Assembly: GCA_964625805.1 (NCBI GenBank)
Contig: CAZVBV010000001.1
Span: forward strand, 1 to 38,100
DNA from: an uncultured Candidatus Peribacteria bacterium
GTDB taxonomy: Bacteria > Patescibacteriota > Gracilibacteria > UBA4473
DNA: 38,100 bases
Direction: 5' to 3'
Both the position numbers and the translations under genes were made by a program. Under the pieces are notes generated by a model. That model was given only the letters and a program-made list of their open reading frames with translations, was not told the DNA's origin and ran no database searches. This document shows, in pieces, positions 24,935 to 35,100 of the stretch; position 1 is the stretch's first letter; each line of letters starts with the position of its first letter.

Positions 24935-25254
24935 GATAATAAATCTCTTATCTTCCCTGTTGCTTGTGCTGATTTGTCGAGTTTGAATCGAAGCTTCATT
25001 GGCCGTCGGAGCTGAACCTGTTGGGATACTTCGTATTCCATCTTCGGTCCTACTTTTTGAATCGATTTGATAAAGCCTTTTGGCCCCCCGATGCTTCGCA
25101 CGTAGACGTCGGCTATTCCGAGGTCTCCTGCCACCTCAATTTCGGTTACGGTCACAAACCCAACCTGGTTGGGAGAAAGAAATTGCTGAAAGAGTGGAGG
25201 AATTTTTTCCTTCAAGACACTGGCCACTCGTTTGCTTCGTTCCGACATTTTCAT
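24931..25254 (-). CDS. rbfA: ribosome-binding factor A
   Basis: SERSKRVASVLKEKIPPLF....GFVTVTEIEVAGDLGIADVYV matches the RbfA KH-like fold pattern. The stop overlaps the rdgB start (ATGA). The start is uncertain (ATG at 25263, 25254 or 25248), and the track start at 25344 is TTG. Confidence 0.8.
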   Translation of the reverse strand: MKMSERSKRVASVLKEKIPPLFQQFLSPNQVGFVTVTEIEVAGDLGIADVYVRSIGGPKGFIKSIQKVGPKMEYEVSQQVQLRRPMKLRFKLDKSAQATGKIRDLLS

Positions 25255-25277
25255 CGACCGCATAGTGTCTGTTTTCC

Positions 25278-25306
25278 TTGAAAAATCAAGGTTTTTCCAC
25301 GATACT
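25278..25306 (+). promoter_or_regulatory. predicted promoter placing the start site at the ATG of the exonuclease/DinG-like gene
   Basis: TTGAAA (25278..25283), a 17-nt spacer, GATACT (25301..25306), then 7 nt (GCCCCCA) and ATG 25314. Confidence 0.4.
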
Positions 25307-25313
25307 GCCCCCA

Positions 25314-27509
25314 ATGAAATACTGCTTTTTAGACCTCGAAACAACGGGCTTGGATCACGAAAAAGATTCGATTCTTGAGATAGCCTTTTTCCTGCAAGAC
25401 GAAGATGGAACGAAGGGCGAACTCATGGACGAGGTCGTTATCCCCACAAAGACCCCGCTCACCCCATATGTGACCCATCTCACGGGAATCACTCCCGAAG
25501 AGGTTCGAATAAAAGGGGTCGAGCTTTCTTCGATTACCGCAAAGGCAGCTGAACTCATCGGAGATGCGGTCATCGTGGGACACAATATTGATTTTGATAT
25601 TCGTTTTCTCGTCGAGAACGGCATCGATGTCTCGAAAAACAAACGGATCGACACGCATGAGTTGGCGCGAATTGCGCTGCTGAATGAGGAAAGCTATGCG
25701 CTTGAAATCTTGGCAGAAAAATATGGATTCGCTCATCACTCCGCTCACCGAGCGATGTCTGACGTAGAAGCGTCTGCGGAACTCTTTGTGTTTTTGAAAG
25801 AAAAAATTGAAGAACTGCCGACTGGATTTTTTGAAGAAGTGAAATCATTTCTCGAAACCAAAACCAAGTGGGCGGCAAAAGATCTTTTTCTCCCGACCAA
25901 GGGAAATGCCTCTTTCGCGCTGGCGAAGAATGAAGTGAAAACGATTGCCGACTTCCCGATTCCTGAAGATTTTTGGGGCTCGTTTGATGTGAATAAAGAC
26001 GGGGAAACGCTCTTTGTACAACAGGGAGAATCTGTTCCTTCTTCGGAATTTCTTCACGCTGTCGCACAGAAGCTGGATAAACCTTCGCTCATTATCTCGC
26101 CAAAGCTCAACTTCTTTCCAGGCGTTATGCAATTCCCAACCCCCGAGGTTTTGTTTGCGCCGGACCAGTTTGAAAAATTTATTGCGAGTAAGGAAGAATT
26201 TAATAACTCTGAAACCGCGTTCATCGTGAAATGCTTCTTGCGACACTCATTACAATTCCGAGGCGTTGATACGTATCACCTCTTTGCTGGCGAACGAAAT
26301 TTATGGACGAATGTTTCGGTTCCGAACGAAGAGCATTCTGTGTTTCAAGATATTCTCGCGGAACGAGCCAAAGAAAAAATTGTTTCCCTTACACCAGATG
26401 CCTACTTTCGATTCCGACACACGGACTGTTTGGCGAACCGGGTTTTGTTAGTAGATGAAACAGAAGTCTTTGCTGAAAAACTCCTCTTTGCGCCTTCGCA
26501 AAATTTTTCTCTTTTCTCTGCTCTTCATGATGAGATGACGAGTGTAGCCGCACAATTTTTGGTGACAGGAGTCTGTAAAGATATTATCGAACCAACCCTT
26601 CAACACGGTCTCTCTACCTTCCCTCAAAAAGTACTCCTCCCTTCACGAACAAAGTTCCCAACATTCTCGAGCGGGCTTCGTGAACTGTCTGCTGATTTTG
26701 AACCACTCGCCCTTGCCCTTGAAAATCCAGAAGCAGGGCTTGAGCGTTGGGTAAATTACTTCCCTCAAAGCGGGGGCCTATCTTTCGGGCTCTGGCATCC
26801 GGACCTCTGGCGAGACGCGAAGAAAGAACTGCAAGCCTCTTCTGCTCTCTTCCTCTACCGTCATCCGCAATTGCGAACAAACAACTTTGCACGGATATTT
26901 CTGGCGCGCGACAAAGATCAACAATACAAAATTGAATCCCTGTTGCTCGACAAAGAACTCACAATTCCTGAAAAACTCGAATCGGCGAACTCGCCCGAGT
27001 TCAATAGTTTCTGCGCGGGAAAGGTTGAAGAACTTTTGGGGGATGTCGACGAAGAACACAACCTGCTCGTAAATATCTCCAGTCAGGAGACACTCAAGAA
27101 AGTGTTTTCGGAGGTCTCCGAACACACTGATTCAAAAGACATGAAACTCATCGGGGAAAGTGCCTCTGGCGGTTTGGGGAAAGTGTTTCAGTTTATTAAG
27201 CAAAATAAATCAAAGGTATTTTTCTCTCAAAAATTTATCACGCCCGATCTGGCGAAAGAACCCTTTACCAAAATCGTGGTGCTGAAGTTTCCATTCTCGC
27301 CACCGCATCCATTGTTCGACGCACTCAAAACAATGCTTGATGCTTCAAATATTGGGACCTGGGATGCCTGGACCGTGCCGCAAGTAACAGCCAACCTTTC
27401 TCGGAGACTTTCTACGTTCCCAAAAGCCAAAGAAATTATCTGGCTCGACCCTCGACAAAACGCCCCGTGGGGGCGAGGAATATTGCAAGTTTTGTTTGAG
27501 AAGAAGTAG
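25314..27509 (+). CDS. DnaQ-like DEDDh 3'-5' exonuclease fused to a DinG/XPD-like helicase-shaped domain lacking a Walker A motif
   Basis: Exo I is FLDLETTGLD, Exo II is VGHNIDFDIRFL, Exo III is HRAMSDVEA. The C-terminal roughly 550 aa show GESVPS where DinG has GTGKS/T, VDETEVF where DEAH is expected, and a DinG-like end IIWLDPR. The track start at 25278 is TTG, so ATG 25314 is preferred. Confidence 0.7.
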   Translation: MKYCFLDLETTGLDHEKDSILEIAFFLQDEDGTKGELMDEVVIPTKTPLTPYVTHLTGITPEEVRIKGVELSSITAKAAELIGDAVIVGHNIDFDIRFLVENGIDVSKNKRIDTHELARIALLNEESYALEILAEKYGFAHHSAHRAMSDVEASAELFVFLKEKIEELPTGFFEEVKSFLETKTKWAAKDLFLPTKGNASFALAKNEVKTIADFPIPEDFWGSFDVNKDGETLFVQQGESVPSSEFLHAVAQKLDKPSLIISPKLNFFPGVMQFPTPEVLFAPDQFEKFIASKEEFNNSETAFIVKCFLRHSLQFRGVDTYHLFAGERNLWTNVSVPNEEHSVFQDILAERAKEKIVSLTPDAYFRFRHTDCLANRVLLVDETEVFAEKLLFAPSQNFSLFSALHDEMTSVAAQFLVTGVCKDIIEPTLQHGLSTFPQKVLLPSRTKFPTFSSGLRELSADFEPLALALENPEAGLERWVNYFPQSGGLSFGLWHPDLWRDAKKELQASSALFLYRHPQLRTNNFARIFLARDKDQQYKIESLLLDKELTIPEKLESANSPEFNSFCAGKVEELLGDVDEEHNLLVNISSQETLKKVFSEVSEHTDSKDMKLIGESASGGLGKVFQFIKQNKSKVFFSQKFITPDLAKEPFTKIVVLKFPFSPPHPLFDALKTMLDASNIGTWDAWTVPQVTANLSRRLSTFPKAKEIIWLDPRQNAPWGRGILQVLFEKK

Positions 27510-27546
27510 TTTTTCGTGGTTTTAGGGAAACACCCCTCTATAGGTA

Positions 27547-27575
27547 TTGCTTTTAGGGCCTTTTTATGGTAGAAT
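27547..27575 (+). promoter_or_regulatory. predicted promoter of the 27597-30133 two-gene operon
   Basis: TTGCTT, a 17-nt spacer, then TGG-TAGAAT (extended -10). The ATG lies about 15 nt after the expected start site. Confidence 0.5.
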
Positions 27576-27596
27576 ATTCTGATTTACTCAAAAAAA

Positions 27597-27941
27597 ATGA
27601 ATCAATCTCCCGATTTGCCAACACTTCGTCAATGGATTTCTCGTTCTGTGTTTCTCGACTCTCAAAAGAGGGCCGCGCTTCTTGAAAAGATTGAAACTAT
27701 TCCTCAGGGAAGTCTTGAGCGACTTTTTAAGTCTTTCGAGGCCGCTGACCAACATCAACACGACCTTCTCATAAAAACATTGAAAGATCGTCCTGAGTTT
27801 TGGGAAGAGTTCCAACAAATTGTTCGAGGTGGGAGGAAAGACTCTCTCGTCAGAAAAGAAGCCACTTCTGTGGAGGCTGACCAAGCAATTCTTTCTGATC
27901 TTGAAAAAGAGCTCGCCGAAATCATTCCAACAAATAAATAA
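27597..27941 (+). CDS. hypothetical helical protein (114 aa)
   Basis: ATG ORF behind a good promoter. Its stop overlaps the next start (TAATG). I recognise no domain. Confidence 0.55.
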   Translation: MNQSPDLPTLRQWISRSVFLDSQKRAALLEKIETIPQGSLERLFKSFEAADQHQHDLLIKTLKDRPEFWEEFQQIVRGGRKDSLVRKEATSVEADQAILSDLEKELAEIIPTNK

Positions 27942-30133
27942 TGAAAAAATTATTCAACCAGCCCCGGAAAAAAATTACTCGATTTCTATTCCAAGAAGGC
28001 CCTTCTGCTGATCCTTTTTCGGCTGACGATTTTGTTGGACTTTCGGAAACACAAGAAAAGAAAGAGGTGCCACTCGAAAAGGACGGAGGAATTATGGGGG
28101 AAAAGATAGTGGATCGAGAACAAGCGGCTGTCGATGCGGAGGCTAAAGACCGAGCCAAGACTCTCAATGATATTGTAAAGAATTATGGAGACCCAGCAGA
28201 AAGAGAGCTTGTTGTTTCTGCCCTCAAGGAGTCCTTGGAAAATCGAACAGAAAGTCATGATATAAACAAAGATGGACCAGAGGCTGGGTTGGATAAAAAT
28301 GAATTTGAGAGCTGGAAAGAAACACTGGGACTAGAGGTGGAAGCGGCTCTTTTTATGTCAGACCCCGATCATGGAGAATTTACACTTATGGCCTTGCGAC
28401 AAATTGTAGACAAACTACAAGAAAACAAAGGGAAGATTAACTGGAGTGTGTTTAATGCCCGGGACTTCAAAGTTTCACAAGGGACCCTCTGTATTCAGAA
28501 ACGGACCGAGGGGGATCTAACTCTCTTTTCTTTGGATGATGTTGGCTCCCTTGAAAACAGTGCAGGAGTAAAGATTGCCGACAAGGAGCAACAGGAAGAT
28601 TTCCTTGATTCTCTAGAATCGAGCCTTGATGAGCATGTTGCTGCCTTAGAGTTTTGCACCAATAATAAGGTTAATTTCCCTGACCCAAAGAAAGAGGTTA
28701 AAGCTCCTCCAACAGAGGCTCCAAAACCAACCGAAACGAAAGCGCCTAGCCAGACCGAGGCACTCGAACCGACTGGGCCTCCTGCCAATGAAAACGACGG
28801 CGATACAAAAAAGGGGGACGGCGGAGAAGTGGTGAAAAATGATGAAGAAAAAGAGGGGGGGAAAGTAGCAGAAGAAGTTGCTGAAAAACTCCAGCAAGAG
28901 AGACAAGACAATATTGACACGGCTTATAACATCCCCGGAAAGGACTTCTTGAAGAAGCTCGAGGCAAAAGAACTAGCCGAAATGGGGATAAAGGAAGCGG
29001 ATTTTGGGAAGAAAATTCAAAGCCCTATCGCTGGGAAAGATTTTAAGGTGCTTGAGTCAATTGTTAAATATCAAGAATTTATCAACAAACAACACGAAGT
29101 GATTCTTCTTGCGGAGGATGGACTAAAGGGACCAAAAACAGACGTTACGCTCGAACAATGGAGAGCTCGACAAGAAGAGGTAACTACTACGGGGCTTCAA
29201 GGAGGTGTTGATATTCTAGACATGGAAATTCCTAAAAACAGCCTCTCCTCAGCACAAAAGATAGAACACAAGGCCGATACGAATGACATTGAGAAACAAG
29301 GAACTCCTTTTCAAAAGGCCTCCGCAGGACCTGTGAATGACGAGCTTATTTCTGGACCATTTATAGGAGATCTTGATGTAAAGGATAAACCTAAAACCAA
29401 TAATGATGGTGCCAAGGAAACCGAAAAGGCTTCTCCCGAAGCACAAGCTTATTTCATAGCAAGGGACACTCTCCCGAAGCAGCTTCTCGACGATCGCCTT
29501 GTGAATCGAGCAAAAAGACAGGCTGAAAAGGGTAATTTTGAAAAAGCATCTGACCTTCTTGCAAGACTAGAAAAGCGTAATCCAGAAGAGTTTTCTGCTG
29601 ATGCGGAGGCTAAAGCCGAAAAAAAACGCACAGAGGCCGTAAATTATTTAACCAAAATAGACTCTTTCGAGGAGCTTCTCCCTGGGAAATTAGAAATTAA
29701 TCCAGGTTATGATAAAGAGAGTGCGTCTTCTTTAAATTTCATGAACGATCATGAGATCGATCCTGAGTTTTCACTAGGTTTGGCACATGATTTTAAAGAC
29801 TTTAAAGAGGCCCAAGGAAAAATTCTAACACTTCGGGCTGATTTAAATAAAGAGATTCAAAAGGGCGACCCTAATTCTTCTTCTGTGAGAAGTCTTGAAC
29901 GAGACATCGCACGGGGAGAAGCGAGTCAGGGGAGGGCTGCTGTTCATCTTCTTTTCCGCAAAACAACAGAAGAAAATTTCCGAAAAGGAGTGAAAGCTGG
30001 AACGTACTCTGGAACGTATATGTTAAATAATCAATTGTTTGTAACAAAACGAGCCTCTGACGTTTCTGAAAAAGATCTCGCGAACAACAAGACAAACAAG
30101 GCAAACAAATATGACGCAATGAAGGGGGTTTAG
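27941..30133 (+). CDS. hypothetical 730-aa highly charged protein with a Pro/Thr/Lys linker and a possible peptidoglycan-binding-like segment
   Basis: No TM segment or signal peptide. It has an acidic/lysine-rich composition and a linker KAPPTEAPKPTETKAPSQTEALEPTGPP. The segment VLESIVKYQEFINKQHEVILLAEDGLKGPKTDVTLEQW weakly resembles the PG_binding_1 pattern (lQ..L......DG..G..T..a...w). Confidence 0.55.
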   Translation: MKKLFNQPRKKITRFLFQEGPSADPFSADDFVGLSETQEKKEVPLEKDGGIMGEKIVDREQAAVDAEAKDRAKTLNDIVKNYGDPAERELVVSALKESLENRTESHDINKDGPEAGLDKNEFESWKETLGLEVEAALFMSDPDHGEFTLMALRQIVDKLQENKGKINWSVFNARDFKVSQGTLCIQKRTEGDLTLFSLDDVGSLENSAGVKIADKEQQEDFLDSLESSLDEHVAALEFCTNNKVNFPDPKKEVKAPPTEAPKPTETKAPSQTEALEPTGPPANENDGDTKKGDGGEVVKNDEEKEGGKVAEEVAEKLQQERQDNIDTAYNIPGKDFLKKLEAKELAEMGIKEADFGKKIQSPIAGKDFKVLESIVKYQEFINKQHEVILLAEDGLKGPKTDVTLEQWRARQEEVTTTGLQGGVDILDMEIPKNSLSSAQKIEHKADTNDIEKQGTPFQKASAGPVNDELISGPFIGDLDVKDKPKTNNDGAKETEKASPEAQAYFIARDTLPKQLLDDRLVNRAKRQAEKGNFEKASDLLARLEKRNPEEFSADAEAKAEKKRTEAVNYLTKIDSFEELLPGKLEINPGYDKESASSLNFMNDHEIDPEFSLGLAHDFKDFKEAQGKILTLRADLNKEIQKGDPNSSSVRSLERDIARGEASQGRAAVHLLFRKTTEENFRKGVKAGTYSGTYMLNNQLFVTKRASDVSEKDLANNKTNKANKYDAMKGV

Positions 30134-30146
30134 TTTTTATCCCTTC

Positions 30147-30734
30147 CTAGTAACGTGCCAAGTGAGCAAACGCTTTGTTGGCTTGTGCCATCTTGTGCGC
30201 TTCTTTTTTCTTATTCACTGCTGACCCCGATTCTTTCGAAGCCTCAAGCAATTCTTGCGCGAGTCGTTTGTACATAGGTTGTCCTTTTCGAGCACGAGCT
30301 CCTGCCAAGATCCAACGAATAGCCAAACTTGCTTGTCGTTTTGGTTTTACTTCTGATGGGATTTGGTACACCGCTCCTCCGATTCGTTTTGCGGTTACTT
30401 CAACTGTTGGTGTTGCATTTTGAAAGGCCGTGTTGAAAGTCTTCAACGCGTCTTTTTCTCCGAGTCGGTGCAATTCATCAAACGTTGCTTTCAATATTTT
30501 TTGAGCCGTTGTCTTTTTCCCTTTTTTCATAATTGAATTCACCACCCTAACTTGCAAAGGGTCTGTGAAAGAAAACGGATTTACTTGTTTCACCTTCTTT
30601 TCCGTCTTTCCTCCGATTTTTTTCTCCTCCTTTCCTGAAACAGCTTTCACTGGTTCTCCTTTTTTTGCTGGTGCTGTGTCTGAATTTTGAGAGGCGGCTT
30701 TCCCGCTCTGCGGGACTACTTTTGTGTCTGCCAT
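30147..30734 (-). CDS. rpsG: 30S ribosomal protein S7 with a roughly 40-45 aa Lys/Ala/Glu-rich N-terminal extension
   Basis: The conserved core runs from DPLQVRVVNSIMKKGKKTTAQKIL to the C-terminal AHLARY. The only ATG upstream of the core is at 30734, 9 nt after the rpsL stop. Confidence 0.92.
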   Translation of the reverse strand: MADTKVVPQSGKAASQNSDTAPAKKGEPVKAVSGKEEKKIGGKTEKKVKQVNPFSFTDPLQVRVVNSIMKKGKKTTAQKILKATFDELHRLGEKDALKTFNTAFQNATPTVEVTAKRIGGAVYQIPSEVKPKRQASLAIRWILAGARARKGQPMYKRLAQELLEASKESGSAVNKKKEAHKMAQANKAFAHLARY

Positions 30735-30743
30735 GGTATTAAA

Positions 30744-31157
30744 TTATTTTTTAGCTTTTTTAGTTCCGTATCGAGAACGGGCTTGTCCTCGGTCAGTTAC
30801 TCCTTGAGTATCAAGTGTTCCCCTGACAATGTGGTATCGCACTCCAATCAAATCTTTCACTCGTCCTCCTCGCAAAAGAACAACTGAGTGCTCTTGCAAG
30901 TTGTGTCCTTCCCCCATGATGTACGCATTTACTTCGTGACCATTGGTCAAACGCACACGCGCAATCTTTCGAAGCGCTGAATTTGGTTTCTTTGGAGTCA
31001 TTGTTGTTACCTTCACACACACGCCTCGTTTTTGTGGAGACGAAATCTTCACTGATTTGTTCTTCAGTGTGTTGAACGTTGATTGCAACGCAGGAGACTT
31101 AGACTTTACAGCCTTGTCTTTTCTTGGTTTTCGAATGAGTTGATTAATTGTTGGCAT
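30744..31157 (-). CDS. rpsL: 30S ribosomal protein S12
   Basis: [23 protein letters not shown], and [18 protein letters not shown]. Confidence 0.97.
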   Translation of the reverse strand: MPTINQLIRKPRKDKAVKSKSPALQSTFNTLKNKSVKISSPQKRGVCVKVTTMTPKKPNSALRKIARVRLTNGHEVNAYIMGEGHNLQEHSVVLLRGGRVKDLIGVRYHIVRGTLDTQGVTDRGQARSRYGTKKAKK

Positions 31158-31175
31158 ATTTGTTGTATTTGGTGC

Positions 31176-34100
31176 TTATCTTTTGACCTTCTCACGGGCT
31201 CCGAACCCTGTTCCAGCTGGGATAAGCCGGCCGATGATAACGTTTTCCTTTAACCCGTCAAGGTAATCTATCTTTTTGGTCGTAGCTGCCTCCACAAGCA
31301 CTCTTGTTGTCTCTTGGAAGGATGCCGCAGAGAGCCATGAATCAGTCCAGAGTGAAACTCGAGTAAGCCCCAATAGAAGACGCTCAACTTGTACTTCATT
31401 CTTTTTCTTCTTTGCGAGCTCTGCATTCTTTTTTTCTACTTCAACAACGTCTTTGATCTCTCCTGGAAGCCATTTGCTGTCTCCTGCTTCCAAAATACGA
31501 ACCTTGGAAACCATTTGTTTCGCGATAATCTCAATATGTTTTTCGTTAATGTCTTGTCCTTGTGAGGCGTAAATACTCTGCACTTCGAAGAGAATGTATT
31601 CTTGCACCTTCTCAACGGTTGTAAGTTCCATAAGTTCTCGGAGGTCGAGATGTCCCTCTGTAAGCGAATGTCCTTTCTCAATGAGTTCTCCGCTCTTTAC
31701 TTTCAAGTTCAATCGAGCCGAGACAACATATTCTCGTTGTGCCGCTTCGCTTTGTTTAATCACAATTGCGTCCGCTCGAACCTCTGCCACTTTCCCTGCA
31801 GAACGAGCTTTGATTGTTGATCGACTTTCTGTTGATCGCGCAATAATTTGTTTTTCTTTCACCATGTCTCCTTTTTTCACCGCGGATTCGAATTCTATTC
31901 CGAGGTGGTGAACATCGTTTTCTGGTTTTTCTGCTTCAACAACAATTTTTACTTCTCCGTCTTTCTTTCGGATAGAAACCTTCCCTGAAATCTCGGCCAA
32001 AGATGCACATCCGTTTGGTTTTCGTGCCTCGAAGAGTTCTTCCACTCGGCTCAAACCTTGTGTAATAGAAGCTCCCTCGGTCGCGACTCCTCCCATGTGG
32101 AATGTCCGCATGGTCAACTGCGTTCCCGGCTCCCCAATGGATTGTGCTGCGATAATTCCCACTGGTGTCCCTTTTTCCACTACCTTGTTATTTCCAAGGT
32201 CGTATCCGTAACACTCCTGACAAACTCCGCCAAGCGTTTTACAGAACATCACTGATCGCACTGAAATTCCCTCCAGTTGGTGCTCTCGGATAAGTTCGAT
32301 TCCCGCTTCGTCGATAACCTGTCCTTTTTCAAAAATTACTTTTCGTCCTTTTTTCACATCTTCCGCAACGGTTCGACCGTAAAGTCGTCGTTCGAAATCT
32401 TGTCCAACTTCTTCTGAATTTTCCCGAGTTACGAGTTTTGATCGTTCTGTTTTACAGTCTTTTTCGTGAACCACAACATCTTGCACTGAGTCAACAAGAC
32501 GACGGGTAAGGTATCCCGCTTCGGCAGTTTTAAGCGCCGTATCTGATTTTCCTTTTCGTCCTCCGTGTGTCGCATTGAAGTATTCAAGAATGGTAAATCC
32601 TTCTTTTAAGTTTGATCGAATCGGAAGCTCAATAGTTCGTCCTGATGGACTGGCAACCAACCCCTTCATTCCCGCCATTTGCGTAATCTGTCCCCAGTTC
32701 CCTCGGGCTCCTGAGTCGATTTGGTAGAAAATATCATTCTCTCGGTCGTACTCTTTAATCATTTCTTGCGTGATATCTCCTTTCACTCGTGACCAAATCT
32801 TAATCGTGTGATTGTATCGTTCTTCGTTTGTAATAAGTCCTTGTCCGTATTGCGCACTAATCTTCTCAACGATTGAGTTCGCTTTTTCGATGATTTCTTT
32901 TTTACTCGCTGGCACCTTGAGGTCAAACACTGAGATAGAAATTCCTGATTTCGTTGCGAACTTAAATCCTAAGTCTTTAATATCATCGGCCAATTTTGCC
33001 GTCGCTTCTTCTCCAACTTCCGCATAAACCCGTGCCAAAATCTTACTAAGTTCTTTCTTGCTGAAAGAATTGTTTTGGAATTCGATTCCTTCTGGGATTA
33101 CTTCGTTAAAGAATACTCGCCCTATTGTTGTGTCTAGGATTTCTCCATCAATCCTCATTTTGATTTTCGCTTGAAGGTGGATGTGTCCGCATTCGTATGC
33201 GTAGATTCCTTCATCTACAGAACCAACTCCCATTCCTTCTCCTTTTTTCCCATCAAACATCTGTGTGAGGAAGTAACACCCAAGCACCATATCCTGTGAA
33301 GGATTAATAATTGGATCTCCGCTCGAAGGTTTAAGAATATTTGTTGAAGCCAGCATAATTTCTTTCGCTTCTTTTTGTGCTTTCGCTGACAACGGCAAGT
33401 GAACCGCCATCTGGTCTCCATCGAAGTCGGCATTAAACGCCGCACACACTAATGGGTGAATTTGGATCGCTTTTCCTTCTATGAGTCGTGGCTGGAACGC
33501 TTGAATACCAAGTCGGTGAAGCGTCGGCGCACGATTAAGGAGCACGTATTTGTCTTTAATTACTTCTTCTAAAATATCCCACACAATCTTTTCTCCGATT
33601 TTAATAATCTTTTCTGCGCTCTTCACGTTGTACGCAAATTCGTATTCAATAAGTTTTGAAATAACAAATGACTTAAAGAGTTCAAGCGTGATGTATTTCG
33701 GAAGTCCGCATTCGTGAAGCTTCAGCCGTGGTCCCACCACAATCACTGAACGTCCGGAGTAATCCACTCGTTTTCCGAGCAAGTTCTGTCGGAATCGCCC
33801 TTGTTTCCCTTTCAGCATGTCTGAAAGTGATTTTAATTTCCGTTTTTGAACATAGTTCATTCCGGCTCGAGAGTTTCGAGACTGGTTTGAAATAAGAATA
33901 TCAACCGCTTCTTGAAGCATTCGTTTCTCGTTTCGGCAGATAATCTCTGGCGCCCCAAGTTGAATAAGTTTCTTTAGTCGTTGATTTCTGTTAATCACTC
34001 GTCGGTACAAGTCATTAAGATCTGATGTCGCAAAACGACCACCATCAAGTTGCACCATTGGTCGAAGGTCTGGTGGGATTACAGGAATAACAGTAAGCAC

Positions 34101-35009
34101 CATCCATTCTGGTTTAATATCACTTCGCAAGAGAGATCCTGCAAGTTTCATTCGTTTTATAATCTTCTTTTGTTTCTGTCCTGAAGATTTTTTATAGTCT
34201 TTTTCTGATTCTTTTAAGAAGTCTTTCAGATCAATTCTTTGAATAATTTCTCGGATTGCATCCGCTCCGATTCCCGCTCGGAACACGTGTCCGAACTTCA
34301 TTGATACGTTTCGGTATTCTGTTTCCGTAAGAACAGCACTTGTTGTAATTAATTTTAATTCTTCTCGAGCCTCTTTAAAGTTCTCATTTACTCCCTCAAT
34401 CTTTTCAACAAGTTCTCCTTCAAGTTTTGTAAGATCTTTTTCTTCCATATCCCCACCCTTCACGGCTTTCTTCGCCGCTTTTAAACTCGCATCATTTTCT
34501 TCTTTTACCTGTGTAATTACTTTCTTATATTCATCTTCTAATTTCTTTTGTTCTTCCTCTTTTGCCTTCTGATCAACTTCAACAACGATATAGGAAGCAA
34601 AATAAACCACTTGTTCTAATTTCTTTACAGGAAGATCAAGTAAGAGTCCTACTTTTGATGGTGTTGATCGGAGAAACCACGTGTGGGTTACGGGAACCGC
34701 AAGTTTAATATGTCCCATTCGTTCTCGACGAACAATAGAACGGGTAACTTCTACACCACATTTTTCACAAACAATGCCTCTATATCGAATTCGTTTGTAT
34801 TTACCACACGCACATTCCCAGTTCTTTACAGGACCGAAAATCCGCTCACAAAAAAGACCATCTCTTTCTGGTTTTTGTGTCCGGTAATTAATAGTTTCTG
34901 GTTTTGTCACCTCTCCTTTCGACCAACTTAAAATCTCCTCAGGGGAGGCTATCGAGAGAGAAATGGCGTTAAAATCCTTTAGTTTCTTGATGTGCTTTGG
35001 ATTTGCCAT
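31176..35009 (-). CDS. rpoC: DNA-directed RNA polymerase subunit beta'
   Basis: 1277 aa with an N-terminal zinc motif CACGKY..C.KCG, the catalytic [12 protein letters not shown], and bridge-helix and trigger-loop regions. Confidence 0.98.
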   Translation of the reverse strand: MANPKHIKKLKDFNAISLSIASPEEILSWSKGEVTKPETINYRTQKPERDGLFCERIFGPVKNWECACGKYKRIRYRGIVCEKCGVEVTRSIVRRERMGHIKLAVPVTHTWFLRSTPSKVGLLLDLPVKKLEQVVYFASYIVVEVDQKAKEEEQKKLEDEYKKVITQVKEENDASLKAAKKAVKGGDMEEKDLTKLEGELVEKIEGVNENFKEAREELKLITTSAVLTETEYRNVSMKFGHVFRAGIGADAIREIIQRIDLKDFLKESEKDYKKSSGQKQKKIIKRMKLAGSLLRSDIKPEWMVLTVIPVIPPDLRPMVQLDGGRFATSDLNDLYRRVINRNQRLKKLIQLGAPEIICRNEKRMLQEAVDILISNQSRNSRAGMNYVQKRKLKSLSDMLKGKQGRFRQNLLGKRVDYSGRSVIVVGPRLKLHECGLPKYITLELFKSFVISKLIEYEFAYNVKSAEKIIKIGEKIVWDILEEVIKDKYVLLNRAPTLHRLGIQAFQPRLIEGKAIQIHPLVCAAFNADFDGDQMAVHLPLSAKAQKEAKEIMLASTNILKPSSGDPIINPSQDMVLGCYFLTQMFDGKKGEGMGVGSVDEGIYAYECGHIHLQAKIKMRIDGEILDTTIGRVFFNEVIPEGIEFQNNSFSKKELSKILARVYAEVGEEATAKLADDIKDLGFKFATKSGISISVFDLKVPASKKEIIEKANSIVEKISAQYGQGLITNEERYNHTIKIWSRVKGDITQEMIKEYDRENDIFYQIDSGARGNWGQITQMAGMKGLVASPSGRTIELPIRSNLKEGFTILEYFNATHGGRKGKSDTALKTAEAGYLTRRLVDSVQDVVVHEKDCKTERSKLVTRENSEEVGQDFERRLYGRTVAEDVKKGRKVIFEKGQVIDEAGIELIREHQLEGISVRSVMFCKTLGGVCQECYGYDLGNNKVVEKGTPVGIIAAQSIGEPGTQLTMRTFHMGGVATEGASITQGLSRVEELFEARKPNGCASLAEISGKVSIRKKDGEVKIVVEAEKPENDVHHLGIEFESAVKKGDMVKEKQIIARSTESRSTIKARSAGKVAEVRADAIVIKQSEAAQREYVVSARLNLKVKSGELIEKGHSLTEGHLDLRELMELTTVEKVQEYILFEVQSIYASQGQDINEKHIEIIAKQMVSKVRILEAGDSKWLPGEIKDVVEVEKKNAELAKKKKNEVQVERLLLGLTRVSLWTDSWLSAASFQETTRVLVEAATTKKIDYLDGLKENVIIGRLIPAGTGFGAREKVKR

Positions 35010-35072
35010 GAATGAGAGTTAAAATGGTATTTCATCGGAAAAATAACTGTTTTCCGACCAAAAAGCCTCGCG

Positions 35073-35100
35073 AGTCTATGAATTTTTATTGTTTCGTCAA
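35073..35100 (-). promoter_or_regulatory. predicted rpoC promoter
   Basis: The minus strand reads TTGACG (35100..35095), a 16-nt spacer, then TAGACT (35078..35073), followed by the GC-rich CGCGAGGC. An AT-rich block lies upstream. Confidence 0.45.

Noticed and set aside
25329-26246. Several 99-165-aa minus-strand ORFs
   Set aside because: All are antisense to the exonuclease/DinG-like gene, whose DEDDh motifs fix the coding strand.
28495-28920. 141-aa minus-strand ORF (Ser/Phe-rich)
   Set aside because: It is a mirror image of the Glu/Lys-rich region of the 730-aa gene, a typical antisense artefact of a purine-rich coding strand.
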